64,000 nucleotides of DNA from Kudoa neothunni (Eukaryota; Animalia; Cnidaria), in the NCBI GenBank assembly GCA_964304625.1, contig OZ199839.1, positions 2,110,093 to 2,174,092 on the forward strand, written 5' to 3'. This document shows positions 1-15,314 of the stretch, piece after piece. The notes under the pieces are model-generated. The model was not told where the DNA came from, searched no databases, and saw only the letters and a program-made list of their open reading frames with translations. The translations under genes were made by a program, and so were the position numbers. How positions within the stretch are numbered: the first letter of the stretch is position 1; each line of letters begins with the position of its first letter.

Positions 1-79
1 TGCAATAAAATTCCTATTTGACAAAGGGATAATAAACAAACCAAGCCATTGAGTTTACTGCGGAAACATTGGTTTCTCT

Positions 80-215
80 GTAGATCGCAAACAATGGCGT
101 TGTACAAAAAAAGATTGTAGGAAAAAAGTGTCATTCTTCAATCGTACTTGCTTTTTTTGGTGCAAAAACCATGCGAATCTATGGAACGGGTTTTTGGGAT
201 CATTCAAAAACGTAT
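80..215 (+). mobile_element. Possible Merlin/ISXO2-like transposase remnant (N-terminal Zn-ribbon piece)
   Basis: Translates to DRKQWRCTKKDCRKKVSFFNRTCFF followed by a VFGIIQK-like stretch, resembling the WRC..C/WVFG motifs of Merlin transposases; short and degraded. Confidence 0.3.
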
Positions 216-1167
216 ATTACATATAGAATAATGTGAAAATATATTAATAATCAACGTTAATTTACAAAAAATCAACTATTAGTCTCGCAATAAATTATTT
301 TTGATTTCGATTTGACACTATCAATTATTTCAATTAATTGCAATTATTGAAATTTATCCGCAAAAATTTGTCATGGTCTAACGATGTAGAGTGATTTATT
401 GGAAACAAATTTAGCATCTTTATTTTTAAAATAAAGAATGAATATTGAGTACAAAAGTTCAGCTAAAAAAATCGGGTTTAAAAAATTGATAAAAACACAT
501 TCGAGTGACATCGTGCCCACGTGTAATCTCCTTGTTGTTTACAAAAACTCAAAAAATCCTGCTCTATTAATTTAGTTATAATACAAAATATAAACTACAG
601 TAATCAAAGAAATCTTAAAAAGTGGATTTTTAAATTATTTCAGATAGTCCCAAATAGATATTTTATAAAAATTAAACTATTTTTAAGCTTAACCGATTAT
701 GCTAATCTAAATAATGTAACATTAAAATGAACGTTTATTTTAATTTTTAGTATCTGAATTTATAAAAATGTAAATTTTTTGTCTAAAGCTGGATATAGAA
801 TAATGAAAGCGTCGCAAATCTTATCCATGGGATTTGGAGTTGTCGCTGAAATTCGTATCTTTTACATAAAATCACTGTTTAAACTTTAAACGAACATGTA
901 AGAAAGATTACTGGTCAAATTTAATTTTTCTGAAATTTGGATAAAGAAATTAAAATATTTGCAATTTTCAGATCGAGTTAGAGCATTACTAAGGTGATTT
1001 TTATAACTAATACATCGATGAAAATGTTGTAATGATTATTAATAACCAATAAAAGTCAGAATTGTCCTTTAAACTTAAAAACTTTATTTTGGTATAACAT
1101 AGGATGAATCGAGTCCAGTAATAATAAATATATTAATTTCTTAATAAAAAAATTATTTTAAGGAAGT

Positions 1168-2767
<1,600 letters not shown>

Positions 2768-4404
2768 AAACATTTGAATTTAATTCCTCGTATTAGTTAT
2801 TTTTTAGTTTTTCAAATTTTTTTGTTGTGTGAATAATAATATCTCTCAGTAAATATACGAAAACATTTATTAACATTTTATTTTAAATTATGGTATGTTA
2901 AATTAAAAGTAATATTTAAGATAACTATGATATATATTTAATCGGGAAAACTTCAAAGACGATTGCGTGTAACATGAATAATGTTTTTAACGAATTAAAT
3001 ATCTGTATGTTGTTTTCGACACAAGAATATCACGATATATCGTAAAACGGAGTTATTATTTATTTTTAACGCATCTTTCAGTAATTATAATGAAAAAATT
3101 ATTGTTTGGTTAGAAAATATAATAATAGAATAAAAATCTTATTAATTTTTAACCTTGTTTATTTTTAAACCGCCATTAAGTGCTAATGAAGAGGTATTAT
3201 ATTATTTATTGCATAAAATTAAACTTTTTTCTTTACTTGTAATTAATTCTATTTTGAAGTTATTAAAAAAATAAATATCATAGAAAAAATAATAAATTTA
3301 TTTACAGATTAATTTATGATAAACACACAATTTTATCGATATATGGAATAAATGGTATAGTTTCTTAAGTTACACGCCTTTCTAATAAAAATTAATAAAA
3401 TTTCTAAAATATTATGGAGTTTGTTGTCTTTAGAATGATTTCAGAATATAAGAACATTTAATTATCAATAAATGTTTGTAATCTTTCTTTGACTAACTGT
3501 AGTTTGGAAATATAATTATCCTTTTTGGTCTCCACCATTAATTTTAGAATTTAAAGCTATTTCCCATTGAATATTTTTAACTTTCTAAGATATAACCTTA
3601 ATGGGTTACATTAGAAATGAGATTTATTATCGATCATTTAAAAGTGAATATGATAAATAATATCATTCCATTGAAAACTTAAAAATATTTAAACTAGGCT
3701 GGAAACATAAGGTGTAATAATTTTTATTCGATTTTTAGAGATAATTCTATAGCACACACAAACTAAAATATCTAATCCTCTTCCTAAGAGTTTTTAAATT
3801 GGCAACATTTTATCAAAAATTAAAAGCTTCCGTGTCGATAGCCAGTGCCTATTAAATATGATACCATGCTGCAGAAAAACTAATAAATAACGTAATCATC
3901 ATTACCTATATTCTAAGTCGCTCTAACACCACTATATATTAAAAAAATGGTAAAAAAATTAAAAAAGTAACAAACGCGATTTGGGTGTATATGTTAATTC
4001 ACATACTTTCGATTAAATCGATTTGTTCAATGAAGGGGTTAATAAAAAATATTAACTTACACTAAATAAAACTATCTTAAGTACGATTTTAAACACAGTT
4101 ATTTTAATTATTCCTCGTAAATAAGGCCTAGCATAATTTTTCACTGCCTATTAAACAAAAACTATCTCTAAAATAAGTTATCGCAATTTTTCCAACAAAA
4201 ATTAACGTGAGATGGGGAATGTAACGTAGGAAACTGTATATCTGGTAATAATAAATAATAATAGAAATAAAAATTATTATTATTATTATTGGGTGACGAA
4301 TAATCCGCTTAAATATTGAATTTAAGGTAATTATTTTTTAATCAGTTCGGGATAAATATCTGTTCGGTAATAGGTGAACAAAAATTATTCCCGCAATCTT
4401 TAGT

Positions 4405-5607
4405 ATGTATTCTAAAACCAACTATATTACAGTATCAGATTTTGAGATTTTTTGTTCGGCACTTGATAAACTCAAAATAGAGGAATATTCTGAGGATAAC
4501 GCTATAAAGGTGAACTATTTCATTGCTGTTTAATTTAATATAAATATTATAGCTCGTATTTAATTCCACTAAAAATGAAGAAAGAGTTGAAATGCTATTG
4601 CGAGTTTTGTCTTCTCAAAGTCCATCTGAAGTATGTATTCCTTGTTCAGCTTCCCGTTTTCAAACTTTTTAGTTGAAAAGAAAGGCAAATTTAATGCTGA
4701 AAGATATATTTTCAAACCGACTTACTAAAAAAGATACATTTGATTCATTCATCAGCGATTCGTTAACCTGCGTTACTAACCTGATCATTGGTGAAACAGA
4801 TGAATCGCATCAAAATGATCTAGTATCAACAGGTTTCATTCTCATCGAGGTTATTGTTAAAGGTAAGAGAAATAAATGGGAATTTATATGGGAATTTGTG
4901 GCAAAACTACTCTCAACTGATCAACCAAACTTAATGGAATCGGTGCATAGATCGATGAAGTAGATTTTTGTTACCACGTATTGCGATTGTATGAGTGTAT
5001 AGAGAAAACCATAGTTTGTTTGGTAAAAAGAAAAAAAAATATTCAGTACAATATAGAAAGTTTTTGATGGCCTGTTTCAAAGAAGCCAGCCAACAACCTA
5101 AAGTACCTAATTCTTTAATACATATAAATAATACTTCAATGACCGTTTAAATTGGATATAATAAAAATTTCCTGTTTAATTTTTGTGGGAATCTCCATAT
5201 TTATCTTGGCTTAGGTTATATAATTTTCATTCGTTTAACACATTTAGTTAGCATTATTTGCAATGGATATGTGGCAATATTTACTCTGTTTTCAGAATTC
5301 TCTTTACTGCAACAAGACATTTGACAAATTGGTGCCTTTGTTAATGGATGCAATGGACGAATTAGTTCCAACGTTACATGGACATGATTTTATGAAACGT
5401 TTAAAGAATGTGCTATACCTGGATACCGTTGTGTTCCTAAATTGTTACAATTTACTTAGTCAAAGGATTATTACACTTTTATATACGACCGACGTTGAGG
5501 AGTTATTAGAATCTGAGCTTTTGAGTCTCCTTGATACATTAAAACCGTTATATGACATGGTTGTGTGCATTTCCACATATATGGTTACAACTGTAGTGGT
5601 TACTTAA
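4405..5607 (+). CDS. Tandem family copy A: 5-exon ~310 aa alpha-helical HEAT/importin-beta-N-terminus-like protein
   Basis: ATG 4405; GT-AG introns 4510-4552, 4631-4672, ~4960-5002 and ~5103-5247 join one open frame (MYSKTNY...LKRKANLMLK...KWEFIWEF...ENHSLFGK...LALFAMDMWQY...). Same intron positions in all four copies. Family assignment is by eye only. Confidence 0.8.
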
Positions 5608-7477
5608 CTATACAAAAATAAAATCATTCCCACTTCCATTCATTCGTTGTATTCAATCATATTATAATAAATATTTGTTTCTCCAAAATGTTTTAATCCT
5701 TGGTATTTTTGTTTTATTCTTGATAAAAAGTGATCGCGTTTTTTTATTGCTAGAAATAAAATCATAATAATTACGAAATTTTCTTCTACTATAAACTTTA
5801 TAAAAATTCTTTATATGTTATAACATTTACACGAATTTTTATAGTGATTACACAATAATATGAAGCGCCATCTATTTAATTATATTATCTGCTTAATTTA
5901 CGAATTATTAAGCCATATTTTAAGCTGCAATAAACACCCCCTATTCTCGAGGAAGACCTTCCACGACTTATCGAGGATGTAGACAAATCATAAGCCTCAA
6001 TCCCCAGCATTTAATTATCATTTTATATATTTAATAGTGCATAAGAGTCGTGTGTAAGATGACTCCAAGGCGATTGTTGTGGATGGGAATATCTCCTAGA
6101 ATAAGTGGAATATTAAAAATTTGATTTCATTAATACGTTAGGCTATACTTTTCTTAACAAAAATTTATTAATTTTTTTAAATTATTTCGCGTCGAAAATT
6201 TTTGTATTAAGTCCGTACTTTAATGATCTCTCATGTATCGAAATCGTATTTCTCTTGATCTAATTACAGTATTTAATGTTTGTACACCATATGTTAGTGA
6301 ATTAAATTCTATTATTTACAATAAGATTGATTATTGTCATGTTCGATGTGGCGTCCACAATCCATTGGCCCCACGTCTCGCATAGTCCCATAATTTTAGT
6401 AGTTGTCTTACGTTGAGCATTAATTCTCGTTTGCTCTAAATAGTGTCGTATATAATTCATAAACTTTATTATTCTGCGTCATGACTTATACGCTAAACCA
6501 TTTGGTTACGTTGAATTTAGAATGTGAATCTCCATGAATCCTCTTTTCGAGGATTGTGCTATTTAACTCACGTTTCACTTAAACTAAAATATTCTAAATG
6601 GGTTTTTGTTTATTCCCAGCGCATCTTTCTTCATAACGACTACACAAGATTCGTTTAGCTTGACTCATAACAAATGCATGTGCGATACAATGAATCTGAT
6701 GATTCGACCAAATGATTGTTAAATGAATTAGTTGATGTTTCTCCTTGGCTGAAGACAAAAATATGGACAGATAATTACAAATGCCTCAGAAAGTGCCTTA
6801 ACATGACGATTGAATCGACTTCCCTTTTTGATACGTAGGTTCCATGTCTGTTAAATATTCCAGTATGAAGTTAAAATAGGAAAGTATGGCATAAATTCAG
6901 AGAAATGAAAATCTATTCTGATAATTTTGAGTGAAATGGTTTATATTACTAGTAAAGATCAATTCGATTCCCTATGTGATGAATCATAAGGGGAAGGAGT
7001 CTCCGGCCTCAATACTTATTTTGATAAAAACTGGATCACCATGTGAAAAAGTACATTTATTTCTGAGAAAATTATTTATTAATTATTGATAAGAGAATTC
7101 ATAAACATTCCCAAGCAGAGCACAAAGTTATACTAAGAATGTTAATTACCTCTCAAAATAAAGTGAGAACGAATAATATAACAAATTTTTCTGAACAAAA
7201 ATCCTGAAAAAAGTCGCGAATCCCAAGATTTTTAAATACATTAAATCCCGAATCCCCAAATTCGTAAGTGTAATCTCATACGATAACGCTGCCGCTGTTG
7301 TTATCCACTCGGATCAATTTTACTTGCGACGTCCTTTTTTAAAGTGGTTTTCATTTTCCAGACTACTTTATTTTCAGATGAAATGTATTCAGTTTTAATT
7401 CTTGTACCATTAAATTCTTTCTTAATTTGAAATAACCGATATTGGTGCATTACGGAATCCAGTTTTGTAGCCTACTA

Positions 7478-9331
7478 CAGTCGGTGACCACTAATTCGTA
7501 ATCCCCTTGGGGATGGAGAAAATTACGAATTATACGTCAGTAACGTCTAATTCGTTATGGCTTTGTGCGCGCGGACGAAAAAAACATGAAAATTTTGATT
7601 TTATTAATTTTTAAGGTTTTCTAAAATAATCTGTTATTTTCGATTGTATTTGAGTTTTTTCAATATACTCATACACATATGATTCTAATTTAGCTAATTC
7701 ATCACCTAAAGAGTAACCAGCACCTTTGAAAAATATTTTCAAATTTTCTACAAAAATTAGAGCATCTTTAGAAGTGAATTTAGGCTCCACAGGTTCGTCC
7801 TCTACCTCCTCAGGCTCACTAACGATTTCCTCGTATGAGATGTTCTCTAAATTATCACATACGGGAAACAAACTTTCTTCGATACCTAATTCATCAACTT
7901 CTTCTAGAGATGTGGAACTATCTGGAGATAAAATTTTATTGGAATTTTCTGGTTCATTCACGGATGTTTTTAAGCTGAAACCAGATTTAGAAAAACAATT
8001 AATAATTGTTTCAGGAACTAATGAATTCCAAGTATCCTTAATAAGAGTCATTGTTTCCCATAAATCTAGAGGTTTTATATCCAGTCCAATTTCTGCACAA
8101 AGCGTATGTCGCCTCGTTAAGTAATTCCAGGATGTTGCCTTAAATGAACGAATAACACTTTGATCCATTGGTTGTAGGACCGATGTGATGTTTTTGGGAA
8201 AATAGACTATTTGAACGTTAGAGAGTTCCATGTGTTGATGGCAACTTGCATTGTCCATAAAAAGAACAATTTTTTGGTTTCTACTTCTGAAAATACTGTT
8301 AAGTTTTAACAGATAATTTCTCAAAATGCTTGCTGTCATCCAGCCTTTCGTGTTGTACTCATAGGGAACTGGAGTAGTATTTATACTTTTAAAGCATCTA
8401 GGTCGGGCATAATGACCTATCACTAAGAGGTCTAGCTTTTCACCATTCATTGAGGCTCCAAGTAGTAATGTAATCCTTTTTTTTTGACTTTTTACCACAA
8501 GACATATTATTTTCAGTAGCAGAAACGTAACTTTTTCCCATAATAATATAGATAAATACTTACGCAAAAATAATTGATTGTAGAATATTGTATAATTTCG
8601 ATCATAACGAAAAAATAATAAAGTACTCATTTGGCGCCCACAAAATAATCATGTGGAAGTAATACTATTAACAAAAAATTCTTCATTTAATGTATGTAAA
8701 AATATCTACTCGAAACAAAAATAACCATTTTTAGGAAAAACTTAGGAGGCGTTGATTGATAGAACAGCGCGGTCTCGTCGACATTGTATATTCGATCCTC
8801 TTTATAATTTTCAAGAATTTTAATTAGTTGAGTCTTCCATTCTGTGATGATTCCTATAGGTAACATGTTAGCATCGCCATGAAAACTGACTTTTTTTAAT
8901 TGAATCTATTTTTAAAGCCGCGAAATCATCCGTAACTAACATTTTTGAAATCGTCATCAGAAGCACCGATCTCATTTCTTTTATTAATTATTTCGATGGA
9001 CGATAATTCGATACTTTTCGACCTCATCCAAATGAACCACTCATAAACACGTTGATCGGCTTCTTCATCTTTTCTTTTCCGCATTGATCTTCGTTGGGAT
9101 GGAAGCAATTGATTCTCAAATGCTTGTGTAATTTTACCCCTTTTTTCTAAAATGCCATTTAATGTTGAAATATAACCTATTTTGAAGTGTTTAATAGTTC
9201 CCGTCTTTCTATTTAAGGGTGGCAAACTATCATATTATTTAATTATGTCATATTTCTCTTGAAGCGTTCTGAATTTGTGAATTCTTCTTTCGGGCATTCA
9301 GAAATGATTACGAATGAACGGTCACCTACTG
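7478..9331 (-). mobile_element. pogo/Tigger (Tc1-mariner) DNA transposon, degraded
   Basis: TA-flanked ~26-bp TIRs (CAGTCGGTGACCACTAATTCGTAATC / CAGTAGGTGACCGTTCATTCGTAATC); transposase pieces with CENP-B-type HTH, YNVDETALFY, KGWMT, MDNASCH, LQPMDQ; interrupted by a ~200-bp AT-rich insert near 8532-8738. Confidence 0.92.
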
Positions 9332-10323
9332 TAACACTTCAGAATTAATTTAATTTCCTGTGCAGAAGATCTTATAAATAGTTGGAAAGTTGTATTAAGT
9401 ATGGAATAAAGAAATTAAAGGCCATTAAGATAGTCTTTTTCTGGGGTCCGGACGGACCCCATCGGAACACGCATGATTTTTTCCCGCACAGTACAAAGAG
9501 GGTAAATGAAAGCAAATTTTTAATATCTCACTTATTCTAGGAGATATTCCAATCCGTGCAAATAGCCACCGCCTTGATTTTATTAATGGTACGAACATTA
9601 GCTTTTATAATAGGGATTACTTACGAGTCAAAGCTCATTAGAAGGTTAAATAATATAAATTGGTTAATTATGGAAACCTAACTAAAATCGATTTTATTGA
9701 ATAAATCTAGATTATCTTTGGTACCTGCTTTGGCGTAACAAACAGATATGGTTAATCTTCAAATTTGTATCTTGTTTTGTGACATTTATTTGTCCGAAAA
9801 TACGCAATCATCGAATTATTTTTTTGCATAAGTATTCTAAGAGTTAATTGAGAATAAGATTGGAGGACTTGTTTCGTGCGTAGTTTCATTTTGTTTTATA
9901 AGCTCCTTGTCTCGTCTATTATGTTAGTATGAGCTCCAACGGATAAATTCTGTTCTATTCTGTGATTCGTCGTTATATGAACATATCCATATTCAATTAA
10001 AGACAATAGATTGTTCAGAAAGCTGGAATTCAAATCAGCTTCTGTGGTGTGGGCGGAATTTAAATGTGCGAAAATTTATTCGATTTTAATTTCAAAATTC
10101 GTATTCACCCAAAAAATAAAGATATCCAAACAAAAGTCTTTATCAACTGATATCTCTATTCTCGATAACATTTATTTTAATCACAATTATTATTTAATTA
10201 TATTAATCAGATAACGAATAATCTATTTAAATATTTGAACGTGATTTATTAACTTTTTCATTCCGATCGGAAAGATAACTTTCTCGTAATGATTAGTGAT
10301 AAATAATTATTTCAATTCGAGAA

Positions 10324-11465
10324 ATGGATTCTAATAATAACTATTCTATAACATCGGATTTTGATAATTTTTGTTCTGCACTAGAACAACTTCCTCAAGA
10401 AGATTATATTGGTGACAACTCTATAAAAGTGAACGGCATCTATATGAACTATGCTTAAACAAATAATTCAGATTCTTTTCAATTCTAAGACAAATGAGGA
10501 AAGCGTTGGACTACTGCTGAGTGTGTTGTGTTCGAAAAAATCTATGAAAGTATTTGTTTATTTACTTTGGACTCTCAATAATTTCAATATGTAGTTAAAA
10601 TTAATTTCGAATTCAATGCTAAAACATATTCATTCAGCTTGGCTCACTAAAAAAGATATTCCTGAAACATTTATCAACGAATCTAAATCATGTATTACAA
10701 ACCTAATAATTGTTGAAACAGATGAATCACATCGGAACGAGCTTATCTCAACAGGATTTCTTCTTGTTCAAATCATTGTTAAAGGGAGAAAAAATAAATG
10801 GGAAACCATATCTGAATTTGTGATAAAATTACTCTCAACTAACCAACCAAACTTAACGGAATTGGTGCGCAAATCACTGAAGTAAATTTTTTATAACTTG
10901 TTTTGTTTGTATGACTGCGTAGAAAAAACCATACTTTGTTTGGCAAAAAGAACAAAAAATATTCAGTGCAGTATGGAAAATTTTTGATGGCCTGTCTCAA
11001 TGAAGCCATTCGTCGGCCCAATGTACGTAATTGTTTTGGTCCTAATAAATAATTGCACATAAAATATGGATATAATTTAAATTTTCTTGTTGGCGAAAAT
11101 CTAAAAATAACCATAATTAATATCATGGATTAACTATGGTTTTATTTTTTTATCACTTTTAGGTGGCATTATTTGCAATGGATATGTGGCTTTATTTACT
11201 TTGTTGCCAGACTCATTTATATTGTAGTAAGAAATTCCACAAACTGATTCCTTCGTTAATGGATGCGACTGATCAAATGGTTACTTCGGCCGATGGATAT
11301 CATTTTATGAAATTCCTAAGATATTTGTATTATTTGGATGATACAGTTTTTCTAAAGCACAGTCTCGAGTTTAATAGAAGGATCTTTGCACGTATGTTTA
11401 CTGTTAAAATTGAAAAATCAATGGAATCTGAATTACGTCGTTTTCTCTATATGCTGATGTACTAG
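10324..11465 (+). CDS. Tandem family copy B (5 exons; shorter C-terminus)
   Basis: ATG 10324 (MDSNNNYSITSDFDNFCSALEQL...), introns at the same positions as copy A, last exon VALFAMDMWLYLLCC... ends at TAG 11465. Confidence 0.78.
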
Positions 11466-12259
11466 TTACATCGTCCTCTTTTATATAACCAATGACTAAA
11501 GCGTTGGTCTATAACTACTTATATGAATTTTATTTCTATGCTTATATAATAAAATTTAAGTATTGTTTTTCTTTTCATTTTGTCAAAACTATTTTATCCA
11601 ATAAATCTAATATAAAATTCAAAATAGTTGATTTACTATAGTATTTTATGCATCTATTAGTTGTTAATTCAAGTTGATATATTGAACGTTCAACCAGAAT
11701 ATTAAAAGCCTAGTTATTTTATAATAAAGATGCGCTGTTATAAAATTCTGCCTTGAGAATTGTTGAGTGTCCTTTCTGCATTTGTTTTATGAGTTTCTGA
11801 GATAGTATAAACATTTTAGATACGAAGGTTGAACAAAATTGGGTTTTATATGATAACTTCAATCAATGACCTTACATAAGGGCTCTCAGAGATAATACAA
11901 TGGATGAGGTGTGGTTCTTAAATCTCAGAAATATTTCAAAATTAGCGACTATAAAGGAAGCAAATTGTAAAATTCTAACTCAAAACACACATTTATTAGA
12001 AATTCTACTGGCTGTTTAACAATCAAATTTTTGGAATCTTCATTATTTTTGTAGACTAACGTGCGGTTCGCATCTTTAGAACGAATTAACACCAAGATTT
12101 TATTGTAATAACTACTGCATGAAGAAGAAAATACAACACAATATTAGAACTGTAACGAAAAACCATAGAGTAATCGAGTATTTCGAAAGTCAACCCTATA
12201 GCAGGATAAACTCAAGAACTATTAAACTTTTTAATATATTATATCTACACTTGTTTTGT

Positions 12260-12891
12260 ATTAAATAAAAAGGATGGTATCATTAGCGCATTTGATCGCA
12301 GCTTGGTTTAAGAAAATACACGATTTTTAAAAAACAAGAGAGAAATGTTTTGTTGTTTTTAAACAATGTCAGCTACCATGTAAAATTGGAATATTCAAAT
12401 GTTAAACTAATCCTTATTTCAAAAAACACTCCGAATGCTCTCCAACCCATAAATCAAAGCATAATATACTAGTTAAAATTCCATTATAACGTATATATGA
12501 TAAAACACCACATTTTTTCCGTCGAAGTTTCAATGAAACCCGTACCTCCTAATATTTTGGATGCATTTTATTGATTGAAACATCGTGGGATTCGATGACT
12601 AAAATAACTATTGTTAATTTTTTTATTAAGATGAAATTTAATCGCAAAAATATTTCTGTTTCTATTGATCATTTAGATAAGAACGACGATGAAAATTTAA
12701 AATTCAAATTTTCCGATGAGATAAATGAAATGAACAATGATTCAATAACATCAAACGTCGCAGATATCGAAAATGACAATCTTTCCGAAGAACATGAAAA
12801 CATCATAAAGTTAATAAATATCCAGACGATGTCACCGAAATCAAAGAAGACATTTATGAATTCAAAAATTAATAAAAATATTAATCTCTAA
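12260..12891 (+). mobile_element. pogo/Tigger transposase remnant
   Basis: Broken frames with KGW, NVSYH..SNVKL, KNT..LQPINQSII and IETSWDSMTKITIVNFF, followed by an acidic tail. Confidence 0.6.
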
Positions 12892-12911
12892 ATCTGCCCT
12901 ATTCTATTTAA

Positions 12912-13413
12912 CCCTTTGAACCCTGAATTTCATTCAATGACTGAAACATTTTTTTTTCTCATTATGTTTGATTTTAAATAATTTTATATAAAATATCCAA
13001 AAATTGGTGCAGTCATTTCAAAAATTAAAAAGATACGCACATGGTGCCGAATGGCAACATGGATTAATCTGCCCCTATAGTATACATATCAAAACATATT
13101 TTCTTCTTAGATTCATTTTTAGAATAAACTTATTTAATAGTATATGTGTATATATTTTAATGTTATTGAAACCTCAAAATTCTAAGTTCAATTTCTGGAT
13201 ACTCATAACCTTTTTTATACTTGCCGTAGAGTTAGATATTCATCTGTATTGCTCTTGATATAAAACATAAAAATTTGTATAATTCGTTCATATAAAATCA
13301 AATAAACATTAACTATATTATTATAATAACGATGGATTTAAAAAATGGAATTAAATGGTTAAACACTTACAAAATTATAATGTTGCCATTTGGCAACATG
13401 GGGATTCAAAGGG
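12912..13413. mobile_element. piggyBac-type MITE (~500 bp)
   Basis: TTAA on both sides; termini CCCTTTGAA.../...TTCAAAGGG; repeated palindromic subterminal motif TG(T/G)TGCC..(A/T)TGGCAACATG at ~13040 and ~13380. Confidence 0.75.
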
Positions 13414-13432
13414 TTAAACGAATTTAAATAGG

Positions 13433-13650
13433 GCAGAGGATATTGGCACGGTAAAATTTAATCCTAAATGGCATGATCGATTGCGCAAAGAGAAATTTTA
13501 ATATCAGCAACTCCAACTTACAAGCTGGTTACAGATTTGCTATTTAAGAATCTGCCATATCTAATTATTTCTGGTTCCTAAGAGCGGAGCGAAGGGCCAG
13601 AAATAATTAAATATAGTCAAAACTAGTACCAGCTGAATATTATTTACATA
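13433..13650 (+). repeat. ~220-bp dispersed repeat with internal hairpin, copy 1
   Basis: TTGGCACGGTAAAATTTAATCCTAAA...GAAATAATTAAATATAGTCAAAA shared with 37192-37405 (same strand) and 55282-55498 (opposite strand); partial match near 27520-27560. Confidence 0.75.
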
Positions 13651-15314
13651 ACCGATAGCCATTTTCTTTAAATAATATTTAATCCAACATGTTTCGAGTG
13701 AATACAAATATACAATCGATATTGATAAGTAAGTACATTAAATAATCATAAAAGTTAATAAAATTCAATAATATTTTTGCACAAAATGAATTGAACTAAT
13801 TATCAGCCCCTTCTAGTTACTGTGATTTAAAATAAGAAAGCGAACCCATTTGTCAAAGGTTACGGACGTATGGTCCGTAATTTTTTTGAGGCTTTAATAA
13901 GTAGACGAAGGACCCCTCGTTTATTGTATTTGAAAAATTACTTAGAGTGCGCAGATGGTGAAAATTTGCCGGCTGTAATTGATATATAGTAGGCAAGCGA
14001 TAATACGTAATCCTCCCGGGGCCATAAAAAAAGTGCGTATTAAACGTTGGAACCAATAATACACACCAAAGATGCGTATGCGTGAAATTGTATTTTGCGT
14101 TTTCTTTATTTTTCAGCATGGGTATTACACTATTTAAATAGAATAACAAAAAAACATTAAGATTATTTCGCCGAAAAATAATTTGCAATTTTTATTTTAA
14201 TCATATTTATTAATAAAATATTTGTATCCTTTTACACTGGGATAAAATTTAGTAAATTGTCAGTTCTAAAAAACTATAAATATTATTTTATGTCTTATTC
14301 ACTTTTCAGCGCAATATGAAATTTTTTTATATTCTTATCCTAAAATCTTTATTTATGAACATCTCTAACATTCTTTGGTTGGCGACTAATATTGCCTTGG
14401 AATACAAATTATTCTATTTTCATTTTAATGGAAATGATCATTTTTTGATAGATATCTCAAAAAACTTTTTCAATTCGTTCAAAAATTCAACCGTCAGAAT
14501 TTAAATTTTTCCCTCGTTTCTCATAAAAACAATTAAATATACGTGGTTTGGCCGAAAAAAGTTCGTATTATCGGTTAGTCCTGTGATATAACAGATTGGA
14601 AATTTCCTAATTTAATTCAAAAATATTATAAAACGTTCCACACAATATAAACTTTGACTATGTCATATCGATGAAAGTGCGTAATATCGGTTGCATACTG
14701 TAGAATATTTTCTCACCTGATCAACATAATTTTCAAAAAATTATCTCATTTTTAAATTTCGTGAAACGTATCATCGTGTTAGTTTCATTTTATGTAAACT
14801 AATCTTCGGCTAATTCTTAATCCGCGAATTCACGTGCGATCGTCATTCTGCATTTTTAATCTCGTTAATTTTAACGATTTAAAAATATGAACTGTTATAT
14901 GTTATAGCTTCATTGAGATATATTTTTTTGTCGTTACGTGATTGAATTAAAAGATGCAAATCACCTAATTCAATAAATTAACGTCCAATAGCTTTTTAAT
15001 CTATTTAATGTGCTGTGATTAATTTTTATTACAAGATCAAATAAATTGTTATATGAAATAAATATTTTAAAATATCGACCCAGTGTAAGATACTGAGCGT
15101 AACTGATGCCTAGTTTGTGGTATTATAGCTCGAACAGTATGTGTCTTAAAAAATATTGGATTATAAGAATTTCCTCATTAATTATTCATAATATGAAAAA
15201 ATGAATAATCTTCTTAAACATTCGAGGCCAAAATTGGTGCTCTTTCATCACATTCGGTAAAATAAATTCGTAGTGGTAGTCAATAAGATATTATTTCCTG
15301 CATTTTCTAAATAA

